From Alphaproteobacteria bacterium (GTDB lineage: Bacteria; Pseudomonadota; Alphaproteobacteria; UBA2966), in the NCBI GenBank assembly GCA_964291395.2, contig OZ219856.1, forward strand, positions 256,001 to 320,000: DNA of 64,000 bases. The letters run 5' to 3'. The position numbers and the translations under genes were made by a program. Below the pieces are notes generated by a model. That model was not told the origin of the DNA. It worked only from the letters and a program-made list of their open reading frames with translations, and made no database searches. Below are positions 50,108 to 59,820 of this stretch, in pieces. Every line of letters starts with the position of its first letter. The stretch's first letter is position 1.

Positions 50108-50264
50108 TCGCTCACTCCAGCGACATGACTACGATTCGATTGGCCGAGACAGCTAGCCAGTCCGGTTCACAGACTGGACCCAGTATTGCCCTGGAAGGTG
50201 CGCGGCACCAGAGCTGACGCCTCCAGCGGGATGTTCCGAAGGGCCGGATCGGCCGGTAGCGGAG

Positions 50265-50530
50265 TCCCAGGCCGATCGAACGGGGTATCGAGCCCCGATT
50301 AGAACCGCCATACGGCGCATACCAATCCTGCCGTGGCGCGCAGGCGGTCGCCCACGAGAAATCGGTCCGAGCCCGAGCCGTGTCACGGCGAACCGCTCGG
50401 TTCGGGACCACTTCCCCACAGGGTCCGCAACCTCAACAGAAGCGGCCAATCGGTGTACTACGACCGGACACATCTACTTGCTAGCGACAGCTCCCAGGCC
50501 GATCCCCCGATTAGAACCGCCATACGGCGC
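50265..50530 (+). repeat. direct repeat pair flanking a lone IS end
   Basis: tcccaggccgatc[15 nt]ccccgattagaaccgccatacggcgc at 50265-50318, and the same without the insert at 50492-50530. Confidence 0.85.
50406..50489 (+). mobile_element. lone right end of the ISNCY-like element seen at 35441-35744
   Basis: gaccacttccccacaggg..cgcaacctcaacagaagcggccaatcg..ccggacacatctacttgctagcgaca closely matches 35658-35744. Confidence 0.85.
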
Positions 50531-50711
50531 GAGGGTCCGAGGGTTCGGGATGATCTTCGGGAAATGGGGCGGATGCAGGGACGTCTCGATCGATCCGAGA
50601 CTCGAAAACGACGACAATTGCCGTCACCCTGTTGCAAACGACGGAGGTTGAGGGAACGTGAGTACGACAAGCGTGATCCCGCCCGGTTCCGAGCCCCACC
50701 GGGCTAGGCCG

Positions 50712-51773
50712 ATGTTCCCGTGCATCCCATGGAATCGGCTGGTGAGCGCGGTCGTTTTGCTGGGGATCGCCTGGTTTGCGTCCAGCTGCACGCCACGGGT
50801 CCAGGCCATGGGTCCCGCCACGGTCGAGCCTGCCGTTTTGGACGGCGCCATCGTCGTATCGGACGGCTATCGGCTACCGACGCGAGTGTGGCCGGCGGTT
50901 GGGAAAGAATCTTACGTCATCGTGGGCCTGCATGGCTTCAACGACTACTCCAACGCCTTTGCGATGCCCGCCGAATGGTGGGCCGAGCGGGGCGTTACGA
51001 CCTACGCCTACGATCAGCGCGGCTTCGGAGACACGGTTGATCGGGGAATCTGGCCGGGTACGGGAAACCTCGTGAGCGATCTGTTCGACGTGATCCGCGC
51101 GGTGCGCGCACGTCACGGCGAGACTCCCGTCTACCTCGCCGGCGCGAGTATGGGGGGTGCCGTCATTCTGGCCGCCTACGGTGCCTCCGGCGGCGACTCC
51201 GACGCTCCTCGCGAGTTCTCGACACGACGGGCGGTTCATCCTCCGCCGCGCGTGGACGGCATCGTGCTCGCCGCGCCCGCGGTCTGGGGGCGGGCGACCA
51301 TGAATCCGATCTATCGGGCCGTCCTGTGGTTCACAGCGCGCATCGCGCCGGGCGCGCGCGTATCGGGAAAGAATTTGGGAATCACGCCGTCCGACAACGT
51401 CGAGATGCTGCAGGCATTGGGCCGGGACCCCTTGATCATCAAGGACACGCGCACCGATGCGGTGTACGGCCTCGTGAACCTGATGGACGCGGCGCTCGAG
51501 GCCTCAAGTCGTCTCTCGGTGCCCGCGCTGGTGCTCTATGGCGAGAAGGACGAGATCATCCCCCGGGGTGCCGCCGGATTGATGGCCGTACGACTCGATT
51601 CCCGTCACCGGTTCGCGCTCTATCCGAATGGCTATCACATGCTCTTTCGCGACCTGCAGGCCGAGGTCATCTGGCGGGACGTTCTGGCCTGGATCGGGGA
51701 TTCGGAGGCTTCCTTGCCCTCGGGGAATCTCGGCGATGGATCCACGGTGTCGGGGACGATTCGGGCCGAATGA
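50712..51773 (+). CDS. lysophospholipase-like alpha/beta hydrolase, probable lipoprotein
   Basis: Lipobox-like ASSC, LHGFNDY, YDQRGFG, GASMGG, GYHML. Confidence 0.88.
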   Translation: MFPCIPWNRLVSAVVLLGIAWFASSCTPRVQAMGPATVEPAVLDGAIVVSDGYRLPTRVWPAVGKESYVIVGLHGFNDYSNAFAMPAEWWAERGVTTYAYDQRGFGDTVDRGIWPGTGNLVSDLFDVIRAVRARHGETPVYLAGASMGGAVILAAYGASGGDSDAPREFSTRRAVHPPPRVDGIVLAAPAVWGRATMNPIYRAVLWFTARIAPGARVSGKNLGITPSDNVEMLQALGRDPLIIKDTRTDAVYGLVNLMDAALEASSRLSVPALVLYGEKDEIIPRGAAGLMAVRLDSRHRFALYPNGYHMLFRDLQAEVIWRDVLAWIGDSEASLPSGNLGDGSTVSGTIRAE

Positions 51774-51900
51774 CGCCGTCCGAGTGCCCTTGGCGGTCCC
51801 AATCGAGCCGGAACCGGATAGCCGAAACCGGACAACCGCTCTAATATTTTTCCCGGTAACAGCCGCCGGTCATGACTGGGCCGGCGGGCAGGGGAGTCGG

Positions 51901-52770
51901 ATGGAACCGGTACTCCGTACCATACTCGTGCCTCTCGGTGGTCTGCCTGACGCCCGGGATGCCCTCGATGCGGCCATGAGCATAGCCAAGCGCTTCGAAG
52001 CCCAGATCGAGGTGCTGCACGTCTATGAAGTTCCCCGGCGCTACGCGGCCGGGTGGGAGGACCGGCCGACGGCGGCGTTCGTCGACGAAATGGCGGCCGC
52101 GCAACGGGCCGCCAATGACCGTATGGCGGCGGCCCGCGCGCAGTTCGACCAGACCTGCGCGGCGCACGGCGTACCGACCGTGGAAGAGCCCCAGGTGAAA
52201 GGGTGTGCCGCCCACTTCTCCATCATTACGGGCGAGGAGGAGGACATCTCATCGGCCTTCGGACGACTTTCGGACCTCATCGTCGCGACCACGCCTCACG
52301 AGGAAGGCGATTCCGAAATTCATCAGACGGTTCAGGCACTGTTGATGGAAACGGGCAGACCTGTGCTGGTCATCCCCAACAGCGGTGCCGACTCCGTGGG
52401 CAAATCCGTCGCCATCGCTTGGAACGGCCGGTCCGAAGCCTCGCGGGCGATCCATTTCTCGCTGCCGTTCCTATGGACGGCCGAACGGGTCGTGGTGCTC
52501 GAGGTCGAGGGAGCGGGCCGTCGACGGGGGCTGAGCTCCGCTGCCGTCGTGCGTTATCTCGCCCAACACGGAGTCGAGGCAACGGCGGAGAACGTGGAAC
52601 GCCGGGGGCGCAGTATCGGCCGAAGTCTGTTGGCTGCCGCCCAAGCGACGGATACGGACCTGCTGATCATGGGTGGAAACGCTCAGACCCGTTTGCGCCA
52701 TCTCATTTTTGGGACCGTCACCGGCGACGTATTGTCCGGGGCGCGATTTCCGGTGCTGCTAGCCCACTGA
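51901..52770 (+). CDS. universal stress protein (tandem USP domains)
   Basis: TILVP, GRPVLVIP, IAWNGRSEASRA, DLLIMG, PVLLAH. Confidence 0.9.
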   Translation: MEPVLRTILVPLGGLPDARDALDAAMSIAKRFEAQIEVLHVYEVPRRYAAGWEDRPTAAFVDEMAAAQRAANDRMAAARAQFDQTCAAHGVPTVEEPQVKGCAAHFSIITGEEEDISSAFGRLSDLIVATTPHEEGDSEIHQTVQALLMETGRPVLVIPNSGADSVGKSVAIAWNGRSEASRAIHFSLPFLWTAERVVVLEVEGAGRRRGLSSAAVVRYLAQHGVEATAENVERRGRSIGRSLLAAAQATDTDLLIMGGNAQTRLRHLIFGTVTGDVLSGARFPVLLAH

Positions 52771-52808
52771 CTATCCATGGCCTCGGAATGCCGGGCTCCG
52801 CAGCAAGA

Positions 52809-53678
52809 TCAGAAAGCGGCAGAGACTCGGGCTGTGAGGCCTCTCTGCTCCACGAGTCCCGCGAAGGCGTCCTCGTCGGACATCTCGAGGGCGACGCGGT
52901 TGTCGTTGAGGTAATGGGGGGTCACGACGTCGGGCCGCTGGGTCTCCATGGTCGACGGCATGTTGTCGAGCCGGTTGTACACGAGATACATGATCCGACG
53001 GTCGCGGGACGAAAGGTTGTCCGTCGAGGAATGGACCGTCTTGGCGGTGAAGAACACGACGGTTCCCGCCGGCCCCGTGCACTCGACGATGGGCCGTTTC
53101 GCGGACATCCGCTCGATATGCTCATCCAGCGTGGTGTGTACGGGATACGCCGTCGTCTCGAAATCGTAATGCCAGTCGAGGACGCCACCCTCTTGCGCCC
53201 CTTCCTCCAGATGCGATCCGGGAACGAACCGTACGGGCCCGTTTTCGGAAGTCGTGTCATCCAGCAGTACCATGACCGAAATCATATCGTGAACACCGCC
53301 GCGCGCCGCGCCGTCCATGTGCCAGCTCGTGAAGTCCTGATGCCACTGCCATTGCTCGCCGACATGAGCCAGCTTGAAGATGATTCGGGAGTGCCAGAGG
53401 TACACCTGCTCGCCCAGGAGCTGTTGCACGGGTTCGAGTATGCGCGGCAGCCGGTAAGCCAGGTTCCAGGCTTCGGAGTCCTGTTCCGAAGCATAGGCTT
53501 GGCGAATCTTGCCGCTCTTCTTTTCGTAGACATTCGCCCCGGGCGTCTTTCGTTGCGGTGTACCGACCACCGCCGCCTCGTCGCGAAGGAGGGCTATCTC
53601 GGGTCCGGTAAACAGACCGCCAACGACCAGAAGGCCGTCCCGTTCGTATTTCTCGATCTGTGCGTCGGTGAGTTCCAT
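52809..53678 (-). CDS. phytanoyl-CoA dioxygenase family Fe(II)/2OG enzyme
   Basis: WHQD, NGP..VPGSH, distal VHSS..N.S...RR. Confidence 0.9.
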   Translation of the reverse strand: MELTDAQIEKYERDGLLVVGGLFTGPEIALLRDEAAVVGTPQRKTPGANVYEKKSGKIRQAYASEQDSEAWNLAYRLPRILEPVQQLLGEQVYLWHSRIIFKLAHVGEQWQWHQDFTSWHMDGAARGGVHDMISVMVLLDDTTSENGPVRFVPGSHLEEGAQEGGVLDWHYDFETTAYPVHTTLDEHIERMSAKRPIVECTGPAGTVVFFTAKTVHSSTDNLSSRDRRIMYLVYNRLDNMPSTMETQRPDVVTPHYLNDNRVALEMSDEDAFAGLVEQRGLTARVSAAF

Positions 53679-53704
53679 CGATACCGCTTGATCGCCGACA
53701 GGGG

Positions 53705-54112
53705 TTATGTCGAGTCCTCGTCGGGCTGCAGGTCGAGAGCTATCGAGTTCATGCAGTAGCGCAGGCCCGTCGGCGGAGGTCCGTCCTCGAAAACGTGGCC
53801 GAGATGGGCCTCGCACCGGCTGCACAGCACCTCGGTGCGGATCATTCCATGCGAGAAGTCGCGTTCCACGGCAATGCGGTCCTCGGCGAGGGGCTGCCAG
53901 AAGCTGGGCCAACCCGTTCCGGAGTCGAACTTCGTGTCGGACCGAAACAGTTCCTGGCCACAGCAGACGCATTTGTACGTCCCGGGTGTTTTCGCGTCGT
54001 TGTATTTGCCGGTGAATGCGGGCTCCGTGCCCTTCTGTCGGCATACGTGGTACTGCTGCGGCGTCAGCTGTTTCAACCATTCGGCGTCCGACTTGACGAC
54101 TTTCTCGCTCAT
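53705..54112 (-). CDS. msrB: peptide-methionine (R)-S-oxide reductase
   Basis: [29 protein letters not shown]. Confidence 0.97.
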   Translation of the reverse strand: MSEKVVKSDAEWLKQLTPQQYHVCRQKGTEPAFTGKYNDAKTPGTYKCVCCGQELFRSDTKFDSGTGWPSFWQPLAEDRIAVERDFSHGMIRTEVLCSRCEAHLGHVFEDGPPPTGLRYCMNSIALDLQPDEDST

Positions 54113-54350
54113 CTTCGGTTCTGGCCCCGCTCGTGTGATGAGGGACCGGCCTCGACCCCGGTTCCCGCTCCCGATCCATAATGCGACACCACGGCGGTGG
54201 GTTCAATGTTGGGGATGTGAGCTGTCGGTCGGGACGTGAAACATCGATCGCCGCGGTCTTTGCCGCCTGCGGCGGTCCGACCCCGGGTCCGTCTCACCGC
54301 GCGGGTCCCTCGTTTTGCCGGCCCGAGTTTCGTGGTGATACAGTCGGCCG

Positions 54351-55382
54351 ATGCTTCCCGTGTCGATCATCACCGGGTTCCTCGGAAGCGGCAAGACGAC
54401 GCTGCTCAACCGCACGCTGCGTCATCCTGGCTTCAAGGACAGCTTGGTTATCATCAACGAGTTTGGCGAGGTCGGCATCGACCACATGCTCGTGTCCGCA
54501 CCTGCGGAGAACATGAGCCTGTTGGCGAATGGCTGCCTGTGCTGTGAAGTACGGGGCGAACTGTTCGAAACGCTGGCGGATGCCCTGCTGAGGCGGAACC
54601 GCAGTGATATCCCGCCGTTCGGCCGAATTCTGATCGAGACCACCGGCCTCGCGGACCCCGTCCCAATTCTGCGGACGATTGTCACGGACCGCGACCTGAG
54701 CGGGTCCCTGCGTCTCGACCGGATCGTCACGACCGTCGATGCCGTGCATGCGCCCGTGCAACTGGCGTCTCGGGATGAGGCACGCAAGCAGATCGCCGTC
54801 GCGGACGTGTTGTTGATCTCCAAGACCGATCTGGTGTCGCGTGAAATGCGTCGTGAAGTCGAGGACGCGGTCCGGCTGTTCAACGAGGGTGCGGATCTGA
54901 GCGCCGTGCGGCACGGCCAGATCGATCCGGGGATTTTGTTCGATGGATCCGGCGGCATGCGCGATCTGGCCGGCTGGCTGGCGCGGCGTGACCACGGCCA
55001 CGCTCCACACGCGGGGGACATCGGCACGTTGACACTCGATCATGATTCGCCCGTGAGCGAGGCGGGTCTGGCGACGTGGCTGAGCATGCTCACGGAGTTC
55101 AAGGGACGGGACATCCTGCGCGTGAAGGGAATCGTGAACGTGCAGGGGGCCCCGTATGCGATCCACGTGGTTCAATCGGTCGTCCACGAACCGGTCCCTC
55201 TCGAGGTCTGGCCGACGGCGGACGACCGCACGCGCATCGTGATCATCGGGCGAAATCTCGACCGCGCTATGCTGGAGGACTCGTTCGCCGCTTTCTCCTT
55301 GGCCGACTCCTTAGGCGACACGTATGCGATCGACCCGGTGGCCTACGCGCGCTTTCGTCGGGCTGCGGAACATCTGGTGTAG
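54351..55382 (+). CDS. CobW/COG0523 GTPase metallochaperone
   Basis: GFLGSGKTT, INEFGE, GCLCC, IETTGLADP, SKTD, LRVKG. Confidence 0.93.
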   Translation: MLPVSIITGFLGSGKTTLLNRTLRHPGFKDSLVIINEFGEVGIDHMLVSAPAENMSLLANGCLCCEVRGELFETLADALLRRNRSDIPPFGRILIETTGLADPVPILRTIVTDRDLSGSLRLDRIVTTVDAVHAPVQLASRDEARKQIAVADVLLISKTDLVSREMRREVEDAVRLFNEGADLSAVRHGQIDPGILFDGSGGMRDLAGWLARRDHGHAPHAGDIGTLTLDHDSPVSEAGLATWLSMLTEFKGRDILRVKGIVNVQGAPYAIHVVQSVVHEPVPLEVWPTADDRTRIVIIGRNLDRAMLEDSFAAFSLADSLGDTYAIDPVAYARFRRAAEHLV

Positions 55383-55411
55383 CGCCTCGGAATCACGGAG
55401 GGGTAACCGGC

Positions 55412-56731
55412 ATGAGCGAAACGCGCGTCGTCAGAGCGGCCAAGCTTATCGACGGAACCGGGCAGATCATTCCCGGCCCCCACGTCATCATCAGGGACAA
55501 GCGCATCGAGCAGGTGGGGACCGCCGACGATGTGGCGGTACCTTTCGGAGCCGAGGTCATCGACGTCGGCGACTACACACTCATGCCGGGGCTTATCGAC
55601 ACGCACGTCCACCTGGGTGCCCTCAATTGCACGAGCTTCGGGACGGCCCGGATTGCCCGCTTTGAGATCACGCCCCAATTGCAGTCTTTCTATGCGTTGT
55701 TCCACGCGCAGATCTGCTTCGAGATGGGGTTCACCACCATGCGCGACGCGGGGCGCGGGACGCCGCGTGGTGATTTTGCCGAGGAGATGTGCGCCGTTCG
55801 CGACGCCATCAATAACGGCATCATCGCGGGACCCCGGTTGCTGATCCTCGCCGAGTGCGTCATCACGGGGGCGCACCTCGAATTACTGACCCTGCCGCGC
55901 GCCATGCATCGGGTTGCGGGTGCCACGGCGGACGGTCCTTGGGAATTGCGTAAGAAAGTGCGCGAGCTGATCCGTAGCGGTGCCGACGGCATCAAAACCA
56001 GCGTGACCGGTGGCGTGTCGCTCGGGACCGATCCCGAGGTGCGCAACATGACCCAAGAGGAGCTTGACGCGATTACCGACGAGGCGCACGCCTTCAAGAA
56101 GCCGGTGGCGGTGCACTGCTTCACGCCCGAAGGCCTGCACATGTGCGTCAACGCCAAGGTCGATACCATCGAACACATGGTCTACAGCGACGAGGAGTCC
56201 ATCGCCCGCGTCAGCGAATCCGGCATTTGGGTGGTGCCGACGCTGCTCAACAGAACGGAGTACGCGATCGACCAGAACGCCCGACAGGGCCTGCCGCCAT
56301 CTCTGATCGAAACCCAGCGGGCCATGCTGCCGCACTGCTTCGGTACCTTCCGTGAGATGAAAGCGGCGGGTGTCCGAATCGCCATGGGAACGGATATCCA
56401 CAACGTGCCCGAGATGGGGTGCGCCGCCCGAGAACTCGAAATCTACGTGGACGAAGGTATGACGCCCATGCAGTCGATCCAGACCGCGACTCGCGATGCA
56501 GCTGAGGCCATTGGACTCGGCGACTCGATCGGCACCATAGAACCCGGGAAATTCGCCGACATTCTGGCGGTGCGTGGCGATCCGCTGGACGACATCAAAG
56601 TGCTGCAGGAAGCCGACAACATCGGCATGGTCATGAAGGAAGGCGCCGTTTACGTCGACCGTCTGGCGCCCGTTCCGCGAACCGTGCGTCACCCGGAGCC
56701 TGGAGTCTGGCGGAAGATCGACCGGGAGTAG
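55412..56731 (+). CDS. metal-dependent amidohydrolase (amidohydrolase_1, Xaa-Pro dipeptidase-like subgroup)
   Basis: PGLIDTHVH, GADGIK, VAVHC, TIEH, AMGTD. Confidence 0.9.
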   Translation: MSETRVVRAAKLIDGTGQIIPGPHVIIRDKRIEQVGTADDVAVPFGAEVIDVGDYTLMPGLIDTHVHLGALNCTSFGTARIARFEITPQLQSFYALFHAQICFEMGFTTMRDAGRGTPRGDFAEEMCAVRDAINNGIIAGPRLLILAECVITGAHLELLTLPRAMHRVAGATADGPWELRKKVRELIRSGADGIKTSVTGGVSLGTDPEVRNMTQEELDAITDEAHAFKKPVAVHCFTPEGLHMCVNAKVDTIEHMVYSDEESIARVSESGIWVVPTLLNRTEYAIDQNARQGLPPSLIETQRAMLPHCFGTFREMKAAGVRIAMGTDIHNVPEMGCAARELEIYVDEGMTPMQSIQTATRDAAEAIGLGDSIGTIEPGKFADILAVRGDPLDDIKVLQEADNIGMVMKEGAVYVDRLAPVPRTVRHPEPGVWRKIDRE

Positions 56732-56733
56732 CC

Positions 56734-57522
56734 CTAGATTACGCGGATCAGTCCGCCGTCGACCTCGATGCAGCTTCCCGTCATGAAGGTCGCGCGGCTC
56801 GAGGCGAGAAACGCCACCAGTGCTCCGACTTCTCTTGGTTCTCCGAAGCGCTTGAGCAGCGTCTCTGAAACGAGTTCCGCTCGAGCCTCCTCAACGGAAA
56901 TGCCCTCGATTTTGGCTTTGACCTCGCACATGTAACGCATCCGCTCCGTGTCGATCGGACCCGGATTGACGGCGTTGACCAGGACGTTGGCGGGTGCCCC
57001 TTCCTCGGCAAGGGATTTGGTCAGACTCAAGAGGGCGGAGTTCACGATACCGGCGGTTATGGCGAAGGCATGGGCGAACCGGGCATGGGTGCCCACGATA
57101 TTGATGATGCGGCCTCCCCCGCGCGATACCATCTTGTCGAACACGGACCGCGCCTGCCGTATTTGAGCCATGAGCTTGATATCGATGGCCTGTTGCCAAT
57201 CCTCGTCGCCGAGTTCGCCGAATCGGGCCGTCGAAGGGCCCAGGCTATTGTTCACCAGGACATCGATGGGGCCGACATTGGCCTCGGTTTCTTCGACCAG
57301 CCTTTCGACCGACGCGAGGTCGGTGTTGTCGGCGGCGATCGGCGTCACCGATGCGCCGGTGTTCGAGGCGATGCCTTCCGCCACGGGCTTCAGCGTATCC
57401 ATATTGCGCGCGGAGATGACGACGCGAGCCCCTTCGGCGGCAAGCTCGTAGGCGGCCGCGGCTCCGATCCCGCGGCTCGCGGCGGTCACCAACGTCACTT
57501 TCTGAGAAAGTCCAAGGTCCAT
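56734..57522 (-). CDS. atypical SDR family protein
   Basis: TAASRGIG, VNAVNPGPIDT, VDGG; YxxxK replaced by AGIVN. Confidence 0.88.
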   Translation of the reverse strand: MDLGLSQKVTLVTAASRGIGAAAAYELAAEGARVVISARNMDTLKPVAEGIASNTGASVTPIAADNTDLASVERLVEETEANVGPIDVLVNNSLGPSTARFGELGDEDWQQAIDIKLMAQIRQARSVFDKMVSRGGGRIINIVGTHARFAHAFAITAGIVNSALLSLTKSLAEEGAPANVLVNAVNPGPIDTERMRYMCEVKAKIEGISVEEARAELVSETLLKRFGEPREVGALVAFLASSRATFMTGSCIEVDGGLIRVI

Positions 57523-57790
57523 GGGTCTGCCCCGGGGTCCCGGTTTCGGTGATCACAAACGGACTGAAATTGCTTGAGAACATCCCGAGGGTACACACCC
57601 GTACGCGCCGGGACCATATGCAGACGGTAGTTGTCGGCCTCGGTGCTGCAAACCTCGATGTCGCAACTTGCGCGTCACCGTGCGGTTCCAATAGTCTGTT
57701 TCCGGGTTGAAAGTGGATGGCTCGTACGTCGGGTACGCGATCCGGATTGACAAGGATCAGGCGCCGAGGTGAACGAGGGAAGGCCACGGC

Positions 57791-58666
57791 ATGACACAAG
57801 ACCCGGGTTCCGACGATAATCGCGCCGGGATGGAGGAAACTCCTCCCGCCGGTTCGTCGTCCAAGGCATCGAGCCATTGGCTGGGACTTCCGCCGATAGT
57901 GCTGCGCGTGGGAACTCTGTTTGCGGGCCTCGTGCTTTGGATTCTGCTTGGTGTAGGCGAGGTGTTCCATCCGAGCCTCTTTCCGCCGCCCTGGGACGTG
58001 GGCGCCACCCTGCTCAGCATGATGGCCGATGGGGAGTTGTTTCGACATATCGCCGTGAGCCTGAGCCGGGTCTTTCTCGGTTTCGCGTTCGCGACGCTGA
58101 TCGCCATTCCGTTGGGCATCGCGATGGGTCTGTCAAATCGGGTCTTTCTGTTCGTAGAGCCCCTGGTCGAATTCCTGCGCCCGGTGCCGCCGCTGGCGCT
58201 CGTCCCACTGGCGGTCGTGTGGTTCGGGATCGGTTGGACGTCGAAGGTTTTCCTGATCTTCTACGGATGTTTCTTTGCCATCGTGATCAACACGGTCGCC
58301 GGCATGAAAGCCGTGGAGCCGGTCCACGTGCGGGCTGCCCAAGCGTTGGGGGCAAGCCGCTGGCAAATTCTCATGCACGTCATCCTGCGTTCAGCCGTTC
58401 CGGACATCGTCGTCGGACTGCGATTGGCGATCGGTCTTGCCTTTCTCTTGATCGTAGGCGCAGAACTCATCGCGGCAAGCGAGGGACTCGGTTGGCTGAT
58501 ATGGGACGCGCGATTCCATTTCATGGGCGACAGAATCCTGGTGGGAATGATCGCCATCGGAGTCGTAGGCTTTCTCCTCAACCGACTGTTGCAGATGGTT
58601 GAAACCCATTTGCTTCGTTGGCAGAGCGTTGAAGCGGACGAGGGTAGAGTTGCTGGGTTGAACTGA
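57791..58666 (+). CDS. NitT/TauT family ABC permease
   Basis: SLSRVFLGF, LRPVPPLA, GAELIAASEGLG; start uncertain. Confidence 0.92.
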   Translation: MTQDPGSDDNRAGMEETPPAGSSSKASSHWLGLPPIVLRVGTLFAGLVLWILLGVGEVFHPSLFPPPWDVGATLLSMMADGELFRHIAVSLSRVFLGFAFATLIAIPLGIAMGLSNRVFLFVEPLVEFLRPVPPLALVPLAVVWFGIGWTSKVFLIFYGCFFAIVINTVAGMKAVEPVHVRAAQALGASRWQILMHVILRSAVPDIVVGLRLAIGLAFLLIVGAELIAASEGLGWLIWDARFHFMGDRILVGMIAIGVVGFLLNRLLQMVETHLLRWQSVEADEGRVAGLN

Positions 58667-58707
58667 ACGTTACACATTTACGGAGGGCGATTGTCCAAGG
58701 GAGGGAG

Positions 58708-59730
58708 ATGATGAACTTACATCGAATGAAATCGCATTGGTTGGTCGGTACGCTTGCCGTCGCGTTTCTCGCCTGTACTCTCGGCGATGGTGCATCCGTT
58801 CGCGCCGAGGACACCAAATTCAAGATCGGATCCTCGCGCGATCTGCAGCTCGGGGCGCAGCTCGGAATTGCCATGCACAAGGGGTTCTTCAAAGAGGAGG
58901 GCCTCGATATCCAGGTCGCCTATTTCACCTCTGGTGCCGAGATGACCTCGGCCTTGGCGGCCGGCCAGCTCCAATTGGGAAGTTTTGGTGATTTTCCCAC
59001 CGTCAACATGATCGCCGGCGATCTGCCCGTGAAGATCATCACGGGCGTGGCTGAAATCTCCGGCACGCAGCAGCTCGTCGTCGCCGAGGGCGTCAATCAG
59101 CCCGAGGACCTCAAGGGCAAGAAGATCGCTCTCACGGTGGGCAGCTCGGCGGAATCGCTCTTTGCGGCAACGCTGAATCACTTCGGAGTTCCCCTCGACT
59201 CGGTCGAGGTCTTGAACATGAGCGCACCGGAGCAGGTTGCGGCCATGGCCCGGGGTGATGTCGACGGTATTACCGTCTGGCAACCCTATGTCCTGCGTGC
59301 CAAGACCCAGGCCGGTGGGCACGCCATGATCTCGGCGCTGCAGTCCTTCATTCCCGGCAAAGAGGGTCCGTTGGACTACTACGCGGCCTATTCGGTTCTC
59401 GTCGTGCGTACGGAATGGCTGGATGAGAACCCGAACACCATGTTGAAGGTTCTTCGAGCCATGAAGAAGGCCCAGGACTACATCAACGCCAACAAGGACG
59501 ATACGGCGAAGACGATGGAGAAGGACATGCGGGCACCCGCAAAAGATCTCCGCGTCTTCCTCGATGAAAACGTCTACGACATGGGGATCGACGCCAAGTT
59601 CGTGCGGACCCTCAACAAGACGGTCGGGTTCATGCACAAGGTGGGCAAGATCAAGTCCAAGCCGAGTGTCGAGAGCTTCATCGATGACTCGTACCTGAAA
59701 CAGGTCCTCCCGGACCGCGTGAGCTATTAG
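58708..59730 (+). CDS. NitT/TauT family substrate-binding protein
   Basis: Signal peptide, GFFKEEGL, DLKGKKIA, WQPY. Confidence 0.92.
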   Translation: MMNLHRMKSHWLVGTLAVAFLACTLGDGASVRAEDTKFKIGSSRDLQLGAQLGIAMHKGFFKEEGLDIQVAYFTSGAEMTSALAAGQLQLGSFGDFPTVNMIAGDLPVKIITGVAEISGTQQLVVAEGVNQPEDLKGKKIALTVGSSAESLFAATLNHFGVPLDSVEVLNMSAPEQVAAMARGDVDGITVWQPYVLRAKTQAGGHAMISALQSFIPGKEGPLDYYAAYSVLVVRTEWLDENPNTMLKVLRAMKKAQDYINANKDDTAKTMEKDMRAPAKDLRVFLDENVYDMGIDAKFVRTLNKTVGFMHKVGKIKSKPSVESFIDDSYLKQVLPDRVSY

Positions 59731-59820
59731 TCCATACCAGGCGGAGGTCTTCGGGGCCGGGCAGGGGAACTTGCCCGGCCTCGTTCCTTCGAATCTGTTG
59801 AAGACATTCGGAGCGGCAGT

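Noticed and set aside
50265-50530. Possible mini-CRISPR
   Set aside because: Only two units, about 170 bp apart, with an IS end between and no cas genes
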